A stretch of 64,000 nucleotides of DNA from an uncultured Elusimicrobia bacterium (GTDB taxonomy: Bacteria; Elusimicrobiota; Elusimicrobia; Elusimicrobiales; UBA9959), in contig CAIXBR010000123.1 of the NCBI GenBank assembly GCA_903917735.1, positions 3,883-67,882 on the forward strand. The letters run 5' to 3'. The translations under genes and the position numbers were made by a program. Positions 27,873 through 36,786 of the stretch are shown in pieces. The number at the start of each line of letters is the position of its first letter. Position 1 is the first letter of the stretch. The notes under the pieces are model-generated. The model was not told the DNA's origin and ran no database searches. It saw only the letters and a list, made by a program, of their open reading frames with translations.

Positions 27873-28813
27873 GGCTTCTCTCTGCCGGCCTGGCCTTCTT
27901 TCTGGGCGCGGTCCTGTTTGCCGCCGCGCGGGCCGAAAATGGTCTTACCGGAGCCCCTATTCTTAACAGGCCCGTAGGCGCCCGGTCTTCCGGTATGGGC
28001 AGGGCTTTTACCGCCGTGCCCGGTGACGTGGAAGATATCATGTACAACCCTGCGGGGCTGGCTTTCGCTCCAAGCCTGAAGGCCTATGCCGCGTATATGA
28101 ACGGTTTTGGCGGGGGAAATTATGGTTTTGCCGGGATCCCGCTCAAGCTCTGGAATTTTGTTCTTACCCCCGCTTTCTTGTATTACAATTCGGGCGGCAT
28201 GGACCTGAATCTTTCGGACGGGACGACCGGGAATGTCGTCGGCGAGATGGATAAGGTTTCCATGTTGTCGGCCGCCTACCAGCCCCTGCACGGGCTTGCT
28301 TTGGGCGCTACTGTCAAGCGCACCGAGATAGATCTGGCTGAAACGGCCTCGGCTTCGGCGATGAGCTATGATTTCGGCGCCCTTTACTCCATAGAGGACG
28401 GGCTCAGCTTCGGGGCGGCATCGTTGAATAATGGCGCCGCCATAAAGTTCGAGGACAAGGGCGACCCGTCACCGGCTACGTTCCGCGGCGGGGTTTCCTA
28501 TAAATTTGTTTTTAATCCGGCCAATTTCCTGGATCATTCTTCACCAGTTACCTACTGCGACCTGGTTTTCGCATCGGATTGGAGCAAGGTCAATAAGGAA
28601 GCTGGCCACTACCAGTCCGGCCTGGAGATGAATATGAAGATGCCGGAATCCATATTCTTAAGCTTGCGCGTAGGCTATCTGTTTAACCGGGCCGAAGACG
28701 GCTTTACCTTCGGCCTGGGCCTGAGGAACGGACCTTGGGATTTCGGGTTCGGCTTTGAAACGGCGAAAAAGCTGGATTCCCGTCATCCGGTTTCCGTTTC
28801 TTACGAGTTCTGA
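27869..28813 (+). CDS. PorV-like outer-membrane barrel protein
   Basis: ATGA overlap with the M6 gene. Signal peptide, SGMGRAFTAVPGDVEDIMYNPAGLAF near the N-terminus, ends ..HPVSVSYEF. Paralog of 46791-47828. Confidence 0.65.
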   Translation: MRLLSAGLAFFLGAVLFAAARAENGLTGAPILNRPVGARSSGMGRAFTAVPGDVEDIMYNPAGLAFAPSLKAYAAYMNGFGGGNYGFAGIPLKLWNFVLTPAFLYYNSGGMDLNLSDGTTGNVVGEMDKVSMLSAAYQPLHGLALGATVKRTEIDLAETASASAMSYDFGALYSIEDGLSFGAASLNNGAAIKFEDKGDPSPATFRGGVSYKFVFNPANFLDHSSPVTYCDLVFASDWSKVNKEAGHYQSGLEMNMKMPESIFLSLRVGYLFNRAEDGFTFGLGLRNGPWDFGFGFETAKKLDSRHPVSVSYEF

Positions 28814-28988
28814 TACTACCTCCCTTGCAGTATCAGCCTGCCACGTTTTGGTAAAATAACTACGATGTGTGGTTTTAACGCAGGGAGAATCCAGGAGAAT
28901 CCAGTTACATAGCGCTTAATTCCAGTAATGGGTATTATGTCGCCGGATTAGCACTACAAGCGTAAATTAGGATCAAAGGAATTCACAA

Positions 28989-29876
28989 ATGAAAATAAAC
29001 AAGTTGGTATCGATACTGGTATTAGCAGGGATGGCGGCAGCGCCTTCAGCAGTGTTTGCGCAAGCGCAGAAAGCGAAATCCCCAAAACAGGAAGCCGCCG
29101 CAACAAAAGCAGCAAAGCAGGATTATTCTTTTTTGAACGGCAAGACCGGGGCTGTGACCTTCATTAACTTGAGCGAGGAAAATTTCAAAGCTATCATTAA
29201 TAAACGGCTTGGCAGCAAGATCGAGAAATTCATATATAACGATTCCTTGACGGGGAATTTATCCATGCTAAAATCAGGCAGAGTTGATTTTGTGCTGACA
29301 CCTAATATTTCCGCGGATTATATCACTCAAAGAAATATGGATTTTAAATCCGTTATTTTTCCTATTGATAATAATCTGGTGATGATGTTGAGAAATTCCG
29401 ATGTAAAGCTCAGAGATTCGTTCGATTCGGCCATAGGCAAACTTAAAGCTTCCGGCAAGCTTAATGAGTTGTATAAAAAATGGATCACGGAACTGCCTGC
29501 CGGACAGGAACCCGCTATGCCGAAAGTTGAGAAAACATCGTATCCGGAAACCATTTATGTGGGCGTATCCGGCGATTTGCCGCCACTTGATTATGTCGCG
29601 GCGGACGGGAAACCAGCCGGTTATAACATCGCATTATTGGCTGAAATCTCTAAAACCATCGGAAAGAACATTGAAATTATATCCGTTGATTCGCAGGCAA
29701 GATTGACCGCTCTGCAATCCAAAAAGATCGATGTTTTTTTCTGGACGGTGAGGCCGAACAGCAAACTTCAGGAAAACTTTAACAAAAAAATGGCCGGCGC
29801 CGGGCAGGTCACACAAAAGTATATAATCACAAAACCGTATTGCGTGGTCAAGGCAGCTGTTCTGCTGAAAAAATAA
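28989..29876 (+). CDS. Family-3 solute-binding protein (amino-acid type), apparently circularly permuted
   Basis: Signal peptide. The canonical N-terminal block (IYVGVSGDLPPLDYVAADGKPAGYNIALL) sits in the C-terminal half, and the canonical C-terminal block (GRVDFVL..ASGKLNELYKKW) sits in the N-terminal half. The gene is visibly AT-richer than its flanks. Confidence 0.6.
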   Translation: MKINKLVSILVLAGMAAAPSAVFAQAQKAKSPKQEAAATKAAKQDYSFLNGKTGAVTFINLSEENFKAIINKRLGSKIEKFIYNDSLTGNLSMLKSGRVDFVLTPNISADYITQRNMDFKSVIFPIDNNLVMMLRNSDVKLRDSFDSAIGKLKASGKLNELYKKWITELPAGQEPAMPKVEKTSYPETIYVGVSGDLPPLDYVAADGKPAGYNIALLAEISKTIGKNIEIISVDSQARLTALQSKKIDVFFWTVRPNSKLQENFNKKMAGAGQVTQKYIITKPYCVVKAAVLLKK

Positions 29877-29895
29877 ACCGAGCCGGTATACACAG

Positions 29896-29939
29896 AAAAA
29901 GGGACAGGCTGCTTTATAAAAGTAGCCTGTCCCTTTTTC
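29896..29939. terminator. Bidirectional terminator
   Basis: AAAAAGGGACAGGCT-loop-AGCCTGTCCCTTTTT between convergent genes. Confidence 0.75.
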
Positions 29940-30003
29940 TACCCCGGAAATAAAACGCAGACCGGCTTTTTAGCAGGCCCGCGTTCTATACCGAAGACAG
30001 ACT

Positions 30004-31374
30004 TCAAAACTTCATTATCATTTCAACTTTTCCGGAGAGGCCGTTCATTTCGGAGGGGGCCGTGGAAGAGAGCGACTTTGAGATTATCCGGCGGACCGTC
30101 AGATCAAGCGCGGTGTTGTCAGTTAAATGCAAACCGCCGCCCAGCGCAAAGACGTCGTCCGTATATTTATAGGAAGAGAAGCCGTACCTGGAGTTGAGGT
30201 GCCTGGCGCTGGCCCGGATAGCTAAACGGGCTGACGGCAAAACCTCCACCCCGCCCGCAAAAGAATCCTGTGTGGTATTGGAAGGGCTGCCGCTGTTGTG
30301 GTCCGTATATTCCCACTTTGAATTTCCGGCCTCCGCTCCGATAAGAACGCGGCCGCCAAAAAGGCGCAGAGCCGCGCCGCCGGCCAACGCCCTGTTTGTT
30401 CGCAGGATGTTGATATAGCTGCTGCCGGCAGAATCGTCACGGCTCTCTTCGGTCTTGTTCGCGGTTTCTGCTCCGATGGTGAGCGCTCCCAGCGCAAGCA
30501 CAACGCGCGCGCCGAACTCCTTCGGCCCCGTTTTGTAGCCGTACGCCGACGAGGGTGAGGTCCAGTCTCCCCGCAATTTAGCCGCCGAACCGCGCAGCCC
30601 GAGCTTGAGCAGATTGCCGAAAGAGGCTACAAGCTGCGCGCCGTATTGCATCCCGGCAGAAGGGCGCTCGTAGGAACTGCTCCCCATGCTGCTGGAATAG
30701 CCCCTGTCCACATAATCGGCCGTTCCGCCGAAAGCCACGCCGGCCGGGCCGATATCCGTCTTATAGGCTATAGCTCCGCCGGCGGCATGCTGTCTGTCCG
30801 CGTACTTGTAAGTAGCCGCGCCGCTAGAATTATCAGTATCGGTTTCCTTGTAAGAGTTAAGACTGGCATGAAGTCCGAGCATAATCCTGCCGACGGTACA
30901 ACCATATCCGGCTCCGCCCGAGGGGCTCTTGGACAGCCATGTTTCGTTCATATAGGAAGGGGCAAATTTATCCCTTTCAGCCGTATCGGCAGCTTCCAGC
31001 TCGAACGATTTCAGCTGGGTGTGAACTCCCGACTGAAACTCGGTGTAGGAAGCTATATTGTGGTTGCCGGTGCCGCCCGTGGATTTTTCTTGGCCGTTGA
31101 AGTAGCTGCCTTCCGCTTTCAGCGTCTTCGACGATTCTTTAGCCAGCCAGGCGCGGTTATCGCCCCAGGAATTAAGATCAAGCGCGTTCGAGTCGTCTTC
31201 AATGGCGGCGCTCATCTGCAGCGCATCGAGACGACTGTCGGAAAATCTAACGTTCCTGTCCCTGATGCGCAGATCCTGGACCAGAGAGATGGAGCCGGAG
31301 AACTGAGCCTGAGCCAAAGCCGGAAAAAGAATGGCGGCAGCAAAGCCGGGCATTAATAGTTTAATTTTCATCAC
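30004..31374 (-). CDS. Outer-membrane beta-barrel hypothetical protein
   Basis: Signal peptide ending ALAQAQ, G/S/A/Y-rich alternating strands, C-terminal ..KVEMIMKF. Confidence 0.6.
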   Translation of the reverse strand: MMKIKLLMPGFAAAILFPALAQAQFSGSISLVQDLRIRDRNVRFSDSRLDALQMSAAIEDDSNALDLNSWGDNRAWLAKESSKTLKAEGSYFNGQEKSTGGTGNHNIASYTEFQSGVHTQLKSFELEAADTAERDKFAPSYMNETWLSKSPSGGAGYGCTVGRIMLGLHASLNSYKETDTDNSSGAATYKYADRQHAAGGAIAYKTDIGPAGVAFGGTADYVDRGYSSSMGSSSYERPSAGMQYGAQLVASFGNLLKLGLRGSAAKLRGDWTSPSSAYGYKTGPKEFGARVVLALGALTIGAETANKTEESRDDSAGSSYINILRTNRALAGGAALRLFGGRVLIGAEAGNSKWEYTDHNSGSPSNTTQDSFAGGVEVLPSARLAIRASARHLNSRYGFSSYKYTDDVFALGGGLHLTDNTALDLTVRRIISKSLSSTAPSEMNGLSGKVEMIMKF

Positions 31375-31635
31375 AGACTCTCCTCGCGCAATATTTTAGT
31401 TACTAATTATACCATGGCGGCGGCCGGCGGAACAGGTCGGGTAGTGCACTGAATAGACATGCGGCAGGGTGGCCTATCCGCTTCCGTCCTTTCGATTGAC
31501 GGTGCCTCAATAACCATTCCATTGCCATGTATCCGGATAGCAGAGTTAATCTGAATGAATTTGCCTGGTTCGCTTGTTTGGCAGGGGACAAATAAATTTA
31601 GCCAGTTTTCTAGTATCGCGCTGGGGCCTCTGTAC

Positions 31636-33195
31636 TCAGGCCAGGCCCACCAGCGGGAGCAGCAGCCGCAGTACCACCCAGATCACCAAGCCGCCTGCCA
31701 GGTCGAAAAGGAAGCCCGCACGCATCATTTTAGTGATAGGCACCAGCCCCGACCCGTACACGATGGCATTCGGCGGAGTGGAGACCGGCAGCATGAACCC
31801 CCAGCTGCAGCCGAAAATGGAACCCAGGGCCGGAGGCACCGGGTTTACGCCGGCTGCCAGGGCCAGGGAAATAACCACCGGCACCACCATATTGGTGGCG
31901 GCGGTGTTGGAGGTTGCTTCGCTGACGGCGATGGCGATGTAGATGGCCATAAAAGTGATGGTCCACAGAGAAGTGGCGCCGGACAGCTGCAGCAGCCCGC
32001 GACCGACATGCTCGGCCAGCCCGGTCTCGAACATAAGGCTGCCCAGGCTCAGGCCCCCGCCGAAAAGCAGCAGCGTACCCCAGTCAATCTCTACGGCCTG
32101 CCGCCAGGTGATAGTGAACTTCCTGTTCTTCCAGTCCACCGGCAGGATAAAAAGGAGGCCCGCGCCTATCAGCGCTGCGGCGGCTTCCGGCAGCCTCTGG
32201 CCGTACAGTTTCGTGAGCGGGGCGGAACTGCCGCAGAGAACCGCTAGGAAGCCGGGGATCACCCACAGGCAGACCGTTACCAGGAAGGCCGCCAAAGCGT
32301 TCTTCTGCCCGCGGGTCCAGGGCCCGAGCCTGGCCAGCTCTATGCGCACGAACTCCCGGCCGCCTTCCAGCGCCGGCATTTCCGGCCTGTGCAGGAAATA
32401 AAGCAGCAGAAAAAGCAGCCCGTACATCACCAGCAGCATGGGCACGGCAAACAGCATCCACTGGAAGAACGCTATCCTAACCCCGGCGAATTTCTCTATC
32501 ATGGCGATGCCGATAAGGTTGGGCGGGGTGCCCACCGGCGTACCGATGCCGCCGGCCGAGGAGGCGTAGGCGGCCATCAGCATCATGCCGGTGGCGAAGC
32601 GGAGCCGCGCAGGGTCGGGTCTCGTTCCGTTTTTCTTCTCCATCATGTCGGCCATGGCGGCAACTATCCCCACGCCGATGGGGAGCATCATGGCCGTGGT
32701 GGCCGTGTTGCTGAGCCACATGGAGATGAACGCCGTGATGGCGCCGAAGGCGAACAGGATGCGCCAGGACCGGTCGCCGATCCAGCCCAGGGACAGGATA
32801 CCGTAGGCGAGCCTGCGGTCCAGGGCGTGCACGCTCATGGCCCGGGCCAGGATGAAGCTGCCGAGAAACAGAAAAACGGTGGGCTCAGCGAAAGGGGCAA
32901 GCACTGTTCTTGCGTCGGCCACTCCGGCCAGTACGCAGAGCACGGCGCCCAGCACCGCTGTTACCGGGAGGGGAACGGGTTCGCCTATCCACCAGACCAC
33001 TACCCAGCCGATAATGGCGGCCAGGGTATGGGCGCCGCCGCTCAGGGCTGGCATGGGGACCAGCTGAAGGACCACGGCCAGCAGCGGCCCCAGGAAAAGG
33101 CTGATTTTCTGCCGCCATACTTCGAATTGTTCTTCGAGCGGGGAAATCACGGACGGTGAACCGTCTTCCTGCTGGCTGTTTTCCACATTTTCCAT
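31636..33195 (-). CDS. DASS/SLC13-family anion:sodium symporter
   Basis: 519 aa polytopic protein with two hairpin motifs, GTPVGTPPNLI and VSTPPNAIV. Confidence 0.8.
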   Translation of the reverse strand: MENVENSQQEDGSPSVISPLEEQFEVWRQKISLFLGPLLAVVLQLVPMPALSGGAHTLAAIIGWVVVWWIGEPVPLPVTAVLGAVLCVLAGVADARTVLAPFAEPTVFLFLGSFILARAMSVHALDRRLAYGILSLGWIGDRSWRILFAFGAITAFISMWLSNTATTAMMLPIGVGIVAAMADMMEKKNGTRPDPARLRFATGMMLMAAYASSAGGIGTPVGTPPNLIGIAMIEKFAGVRIAFFQWMLFAVPMLLVMYGLLFLLLYFLHRPEMPALEGGREFVRIELARLGPWTRGQKNALAAFLVTVCLWVIPGFLAVLCGSSAPLTKLYGQRLPEAAAALIGAGLLFILPVDWKNRKFTITWRQAVEIDWGTLLLFGGGLSLGSLMFETGLAEHVGRGLLQLSGATSLWTITFMAIYIAIAVSEATSNTAATNMVVPVVISLALAAGVNPVPPALGSIFGCSWGFMLPVSTPPNAIVYGSGLVPITKMMRAGFLFDLAGGLVIWVVLRLLLPLVGLA

Positions 33196-33420
33196 CTGTT
33201 GCCCTATTTAGACCAAAAAACGATACAGGGTGCGCATACGGCCGCGCCATGTAAAAATGATACAAAAAGCCGCGGACATCCACTAGTGCCCGTACGGTAA
33301 CTCGCATTTTTATATCCTTTTTTGATATACCCCTAACGTTACAATACCAAAAGTCACGACGCTTCCGTAAAATTTAAAAAGCCATTCGTGTAAAGGGTGG
33401 GCTTTTTAATCGGGGGCGTC

Positions 33421-33523
33421 GGTAGGAAACATAAAGCTAATTAATGCCTGCTTTTCCGGAGAGCCATACCTTTTTTTCGCCTGAAAACGTGTGCAGCCGA
33501 AACCGTTTTTTGGCATAATAGAG
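33421..33523 (-). mobile_element. IS91-end relic, copy F (outer ~100 bp only)
   Basis: GGTAGGAAACATAAAGCTAATTAATGCCTGCTTTTCCGGAGAG.. aligns with the outer ends of copies D, E and I. It ends at the CATAAT box. Confidence 0.65.
33491..33519 (+). promoter_or_regulatory. Promoter-like motif within copy F facing the STAS gene
   Basis: GTGCAG-17 nt-CATAAT, 36 nt upstream of the ATG at 33555, with a GAAAGGGGG Shine-Dalgarno between. Positionally homologous to the TTGCTA-17-TATAAT of other copies. Confidence 0.4.
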
Positions 33524-33554
33524 CTATATCTTCGGCAGTTGAAAGGGGGCATAA

Positions 33555-33935
33555 ATGGAACTTGAACTGAAATCGGTAGAAAGGAAGCCGTGCTTTTTTG
33601 AGATATCGCTGTCCGGCAGGCTGGACAGTTCCACCTATATCCGGCTTGAGCAACTGATAGCCTCCCTCATGCAAACCGTGGTGAAAGCGATAGTGCTTGA
33701 TCTGAGCGGGCTGGAGTATATCAGCAGCATGGGGCTGCGGGTCATCTTCAAAACGATGAAAGATCTGAAGGCCGGCGGCGGCATTCTGCTGGTCACTAAC
33801 GCCCAGCCGCAGGTAAAGAAGGTTTTTGAAATAGCCCACGCGCTGCCCGACGATTCCATTTTCACCAGCGTCCGGGAGGCCGACGAGTACTACGATATGA
33901 TCCAGGAAAAGGTGAAAAAAGAGAACCGCCCCTGA
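33555..33935 (+). CDS. STAS-domain anti-sigma-factor antagonist
   Basis: 126 aa, DLSGLEYISSMGLRVIF motif. Confidence 0.8.
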   Translation: MELELKSVERKPCFFEISLSGRLDSSTYIRLEQLIASLMQTVVKAIVLDLSGLEYISSMGLRVIFKTMKDLKAGGGILLVTNAQPQVKKVFEIAHALPDDSIFTSVREADEYYDMIQEKVKKENRP

Positions 33936-34141
33936 GGAATAGTCCGCGTTCCCTCTTCGTTGTTTCCTCGGGATTCCAGGGTTTTTTGTGTAAAATATTA
34001 GAGTGTATCAAGCTGCCCGCCGCGTAAAAGCCGGGGGGCAGGGTTTATTTTGGTTATAACTCCCCCGTTGCCCCGTGCAAGCGACATTTACAGTCTAACA
34101 GGCGAACCCGTAAATTTCAATATTCGACCGCGGGGAAGCGG

Positions 34142-34800
34142 TCATTTCTCCGTATGGCGGGTTACGGCTTCGTAGTTTCTGTGATTCCCCCCCGCCGCTT
34201 TTTCAGCGCCCGCCGCCCGCTCAGCAGCGCCGCGCCGTACAAGCTCTATGAAAGCGGGAGGGTTAATGACCCCGCCATTGCCGCCGGTAGCCGAGCGCGG
34301 AGAGGTCTTTCACCTGGGCGGCCGTTAGCTCCGGGTCTGCCTGCCAGCCCAGGGCCGCCACGCCGGCTACATAAGGGATGGACCAACTGCAGCCGCCCTG
34401 CCCCCAATAAGAATAAGTGCGCCGGATGAATTCCGTATCCTCGGCGACAGTGCGCCCCGAGGCGGGAGCCAGCAGCTGGTACGGCCCGTCGTAAGAAGGC
34501 AGGTTGGGCAGGCCTTTTTTGCATTTCGCGGGATTTTCAGGGTCGACGGGGTCGTAGGTGCAGGGCCCTATAAAGCCGCGGTTATCCTCGCAGTCGAGCA
34601 CCAGTAAACCGGCCTTCTCCGCTCGCGCGAACGCCTAGTCCCATTTCTTATTGTTCTTTTTACCGGCGAACCTGGCTATCTACCGGGAACACCTGGTAAA
34701 AGCCATAAATCTGGCGTCCATCTACAGTAATAGCGATGAAGACCTGAAGGACTCCGCCATCTATTCGATGGACGCGGGGATATACCAGATGATCCCCAAG
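34142..34800 (-). pseudogene. Peptidase-like gene relic (S8-type serine motif), N-terminally truncated
   Basis: GGCSWSIPYVAGVAALGW has the same spacing as the subtilase GTSMAAPHVAG. There is an in-frame TAG and at least two frameshifts. The upstream part is cut off by copy C. Confidence 0.4.
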
Positions 34801-34808
34801 GCTTAAAT

Positions 34809-35080
34809 CTGCAGGAAACATAAGTGAGGCTATCGCCTGATTTTCCGGAGAATCTCCCCTTTTCCTTCGCTGAATTTTGCCGGGTTCCCCCTCGTCCGGC
34901 GGTTTGCCGGGCATGCGTATCCAGCTGGCATTGTTCATCGGGCGGGCCGCAGTTTTGCAGTGCTACAGGGGCAGGTTTGGACTATGGAAAATCGGCGGGC
35001 AACCCCAGGCAGGTTAAGAGCCGCATTAGCTCTTTATCATTGAGAATAACAGCCACCGGCTTTATTTCTCTTTTGCATTT
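34809..35080 (-). mobile_element. IS91-family 3'-end relic, copy C (long form, internally deleted)
   Basis: Outer end CTGCAGGAAACATAAG. Minus strand encodes KCKREIKPVAVILNDKEL.. Lacks the TATAAT block and part of the tail. Confidence 0.65.
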
Positions 35081-35889
35081 TTTTCCGGGGGCTTGCTGAC
35101 TTGCCCGGCCGCAGGCACCACGTATATTGACCCTTCGTAAGAGCCGCCGTGCTCGCCCCGGGCCTTGACTAAGAGCACCCAGCAGGACTCTTCAGAAACG
35201 GCCGCGTCCTTTGGAAGGACTGCCGTAACGCGGTACTCCCAGCCGGCCGCGGTCTGCGCCGCGGACCCCGCTTTGGCCGGCCGTGTCGCGGTCGGGCTGT
35301 CGCCTTCCCCGTACAGTTCCAGGACAGCCTCCACCGAAGCCGCTCTTTTCTCCAGCGTCAGTACACCGGCCGCCTCGGCGCCGGGCGCGCACCGTATCTC
35401 GTCCGGCTCCAGCTTCACCTTGCCGAAATGGATGCGGTCCATAAGGGAACTCCCGCTTAGCCACAAGCTCGACCCCGTACCCGCCAGCAGGAAGATGGCG
35501 CCGAGAGCCATATTGAAAGCATCTTTAGGGTCCAGGGACGCCCGCAGCTGCCAGCCGGCGTACCCGGCCAGCCCCAACATCACTATCGACACCAGCCAGA
35601 TTTTGGAGAGCAGTAAATCCGCGTAGTTGGCGGCCTTAGCCGGCACCCGCAGAAAGAGGAGCAGGAAAGGCAGCCCGAAAGGCCCGGTCCAAATCCCGAT
35701 CCCGCCGAAAAGCATCCCCACGCCCAGCACGAACCAGTGGTTGTAATTCTCAAGGAAGGCGGCGGGGTGCAGCAGGCCCGCCGCTACCAGCAGCAGCCAC
35801 AGGGAAGCCGGCAGCAACAGCGAGGAAAAAGCCAGCCCGGCTACCACCCCGCCCATGGACCCAAAATTTTCTTTAAACCAGTTCATCAA
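35062..35889 (-). CDS. Hypothetical polytopic membrane protein
   Basis: 275 aa, ~5 N-terminal TM helices and a soluble C-terminal half. Its last codons and stop lie inside relic C. Confidence 0.55.
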   Translation of the reverse strand: MMNWFKENFGSMGGVVAGLAFSSLLLPASLWLLLVAAGLLHPAAFLENYNHWFVLGVGMLFGGIGIWTGPFGLPFLLLFLRVPAKAANYADLLLSKIWLVSIVMLGLAGYAGWQLRASLDPKDAFNMALGAIFLLAGTGSSLWLSGSSLMDRIHFGKVKLEPDEIRCAPGAEAAGVLTLEKRAASVEAVLELYGEGDSPTATRPAKAGSAAQTAAGWEYRVTAVLPKDAAVSEESCWVLLVKARGEHGGSYEGSIYVVPAAGQVSKPPEKNAKEK

Positions 35890-35958
35890 AACCTCCGCGC
35901 GGCTTCAGTCCTGGAAAGTCAGATTCTTCTATCCCCCAAAAGTCATATTCCGGACTAT

Positions 35959-36085
35959 CTGTAGGAAAGATAAAGCTAATTATCGCCTCTTTTTCCGGAG
36001 AACCGCTCTTTTTGCTGCCTGAAAAATTTGCAAAAAGTCTTTCTTTACCGTTATAAAAAAGTCGGCGTGGTTTCTTTAAAAAAAG
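35959..36085 (-). mobile_element. IS91-end relic, copy D (outer ~125 bp only)
   Basis: CTGTAGGAAAGATAAAGCTAATTATCGCCTCTTTTTCCGGAGAACCGC..TTGCAA-17-TTATAA. Confidence 0.65.
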
Positions 36086-36129
36086 CCCTCTTGGTACGAT
36101 GTACGGTTTAAGGCCGTGGGATGGCGGCA

Positions 36130-36522
36130 TCACTGTCCGGTTCGCGGATCGCTCCACACCACGGTGCTGCTGGAGGTATCGCAGCAGAACTCAGGACATT
36201 TTCCGTCCCCGCCGCCGGTCATTCCGCCGTCCGGAGCGCAGAGCCGGAGCCCGTTCACGTCGTAAAGGGCGCTGTACTGATCGCAGCAGACCGGCGGCAC
36301 ATAATAAGCAACCGCGCCCTTATACCCGCATTTATATATTTTACGCGGAGGGTTAGCGACAGGTTCCCGCTGGAACCCGGCTATCATCTGTTGAAGCCAA
36401 TCCCCTTTAGATCGTTCTGGAATGCCGGGACGCGAACATCCGCATAGCGGAACCAAAAGGATAATGACCGCGGCACGGATAAATCCCCGATTCAGATCCT
36501 TACTTAATGACGTTTTAACCAT
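36130..36522 (-). CDS. Cys-rich lipoprotein, hypothetical
   Basis: Lipobox LVPLCGCS and paired Cys motifs (PPVCCDQY, GKCPEFCCD). Confidence 0.6.
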   Translation of the reverse strand: MVKTSLSKDLNRGFIRAAVIILLVPLCGCSRPGIPERSKGDWLQQMIAGFQREPVANPPRKIYKCGYKGAVAYYVPPVCCDQYSALYDVNGLRLCAPDGGMTGGGDGKCPEFCCDTSSSTVVWSDPRTGQ

Positions 36523-36786
36523 AGCCTCATATTCAGCCGGAGCAGATTCGGTTGATCGGAAGGACTGCCGCTTTATTGTCCTGTAATAGCGTCGTAAACT
36601 TCCCTGTTAACAAATACCATTGCGGCGAATGGATATCTTGTCAGTTTCGGTGCGGCATCTTCGGCATAGGCCGCAGAACCGTCCAGGATGAACATATCCT
36701 GGTAGCCCTGCCCGTCGCTGAGAGGCTTGACCTTAAAACCGGCTAATGCCAGCTCCCGGACTGCACATAAGTGTCCAGGCCTTCAT

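Noticed and set aside
36523-36786. Open frame ..ALAGFKVKPLSDGQGYQDMFILDGSAAYAEDAAPKLTRYPFAAMVFVNREVYDAITGQ on the minus strand
   Set aside because: It has no start codon and is only ~58 codons, preceded by a stop. It is probably the tail of a truncated gene next to relic E, and too short to assign.
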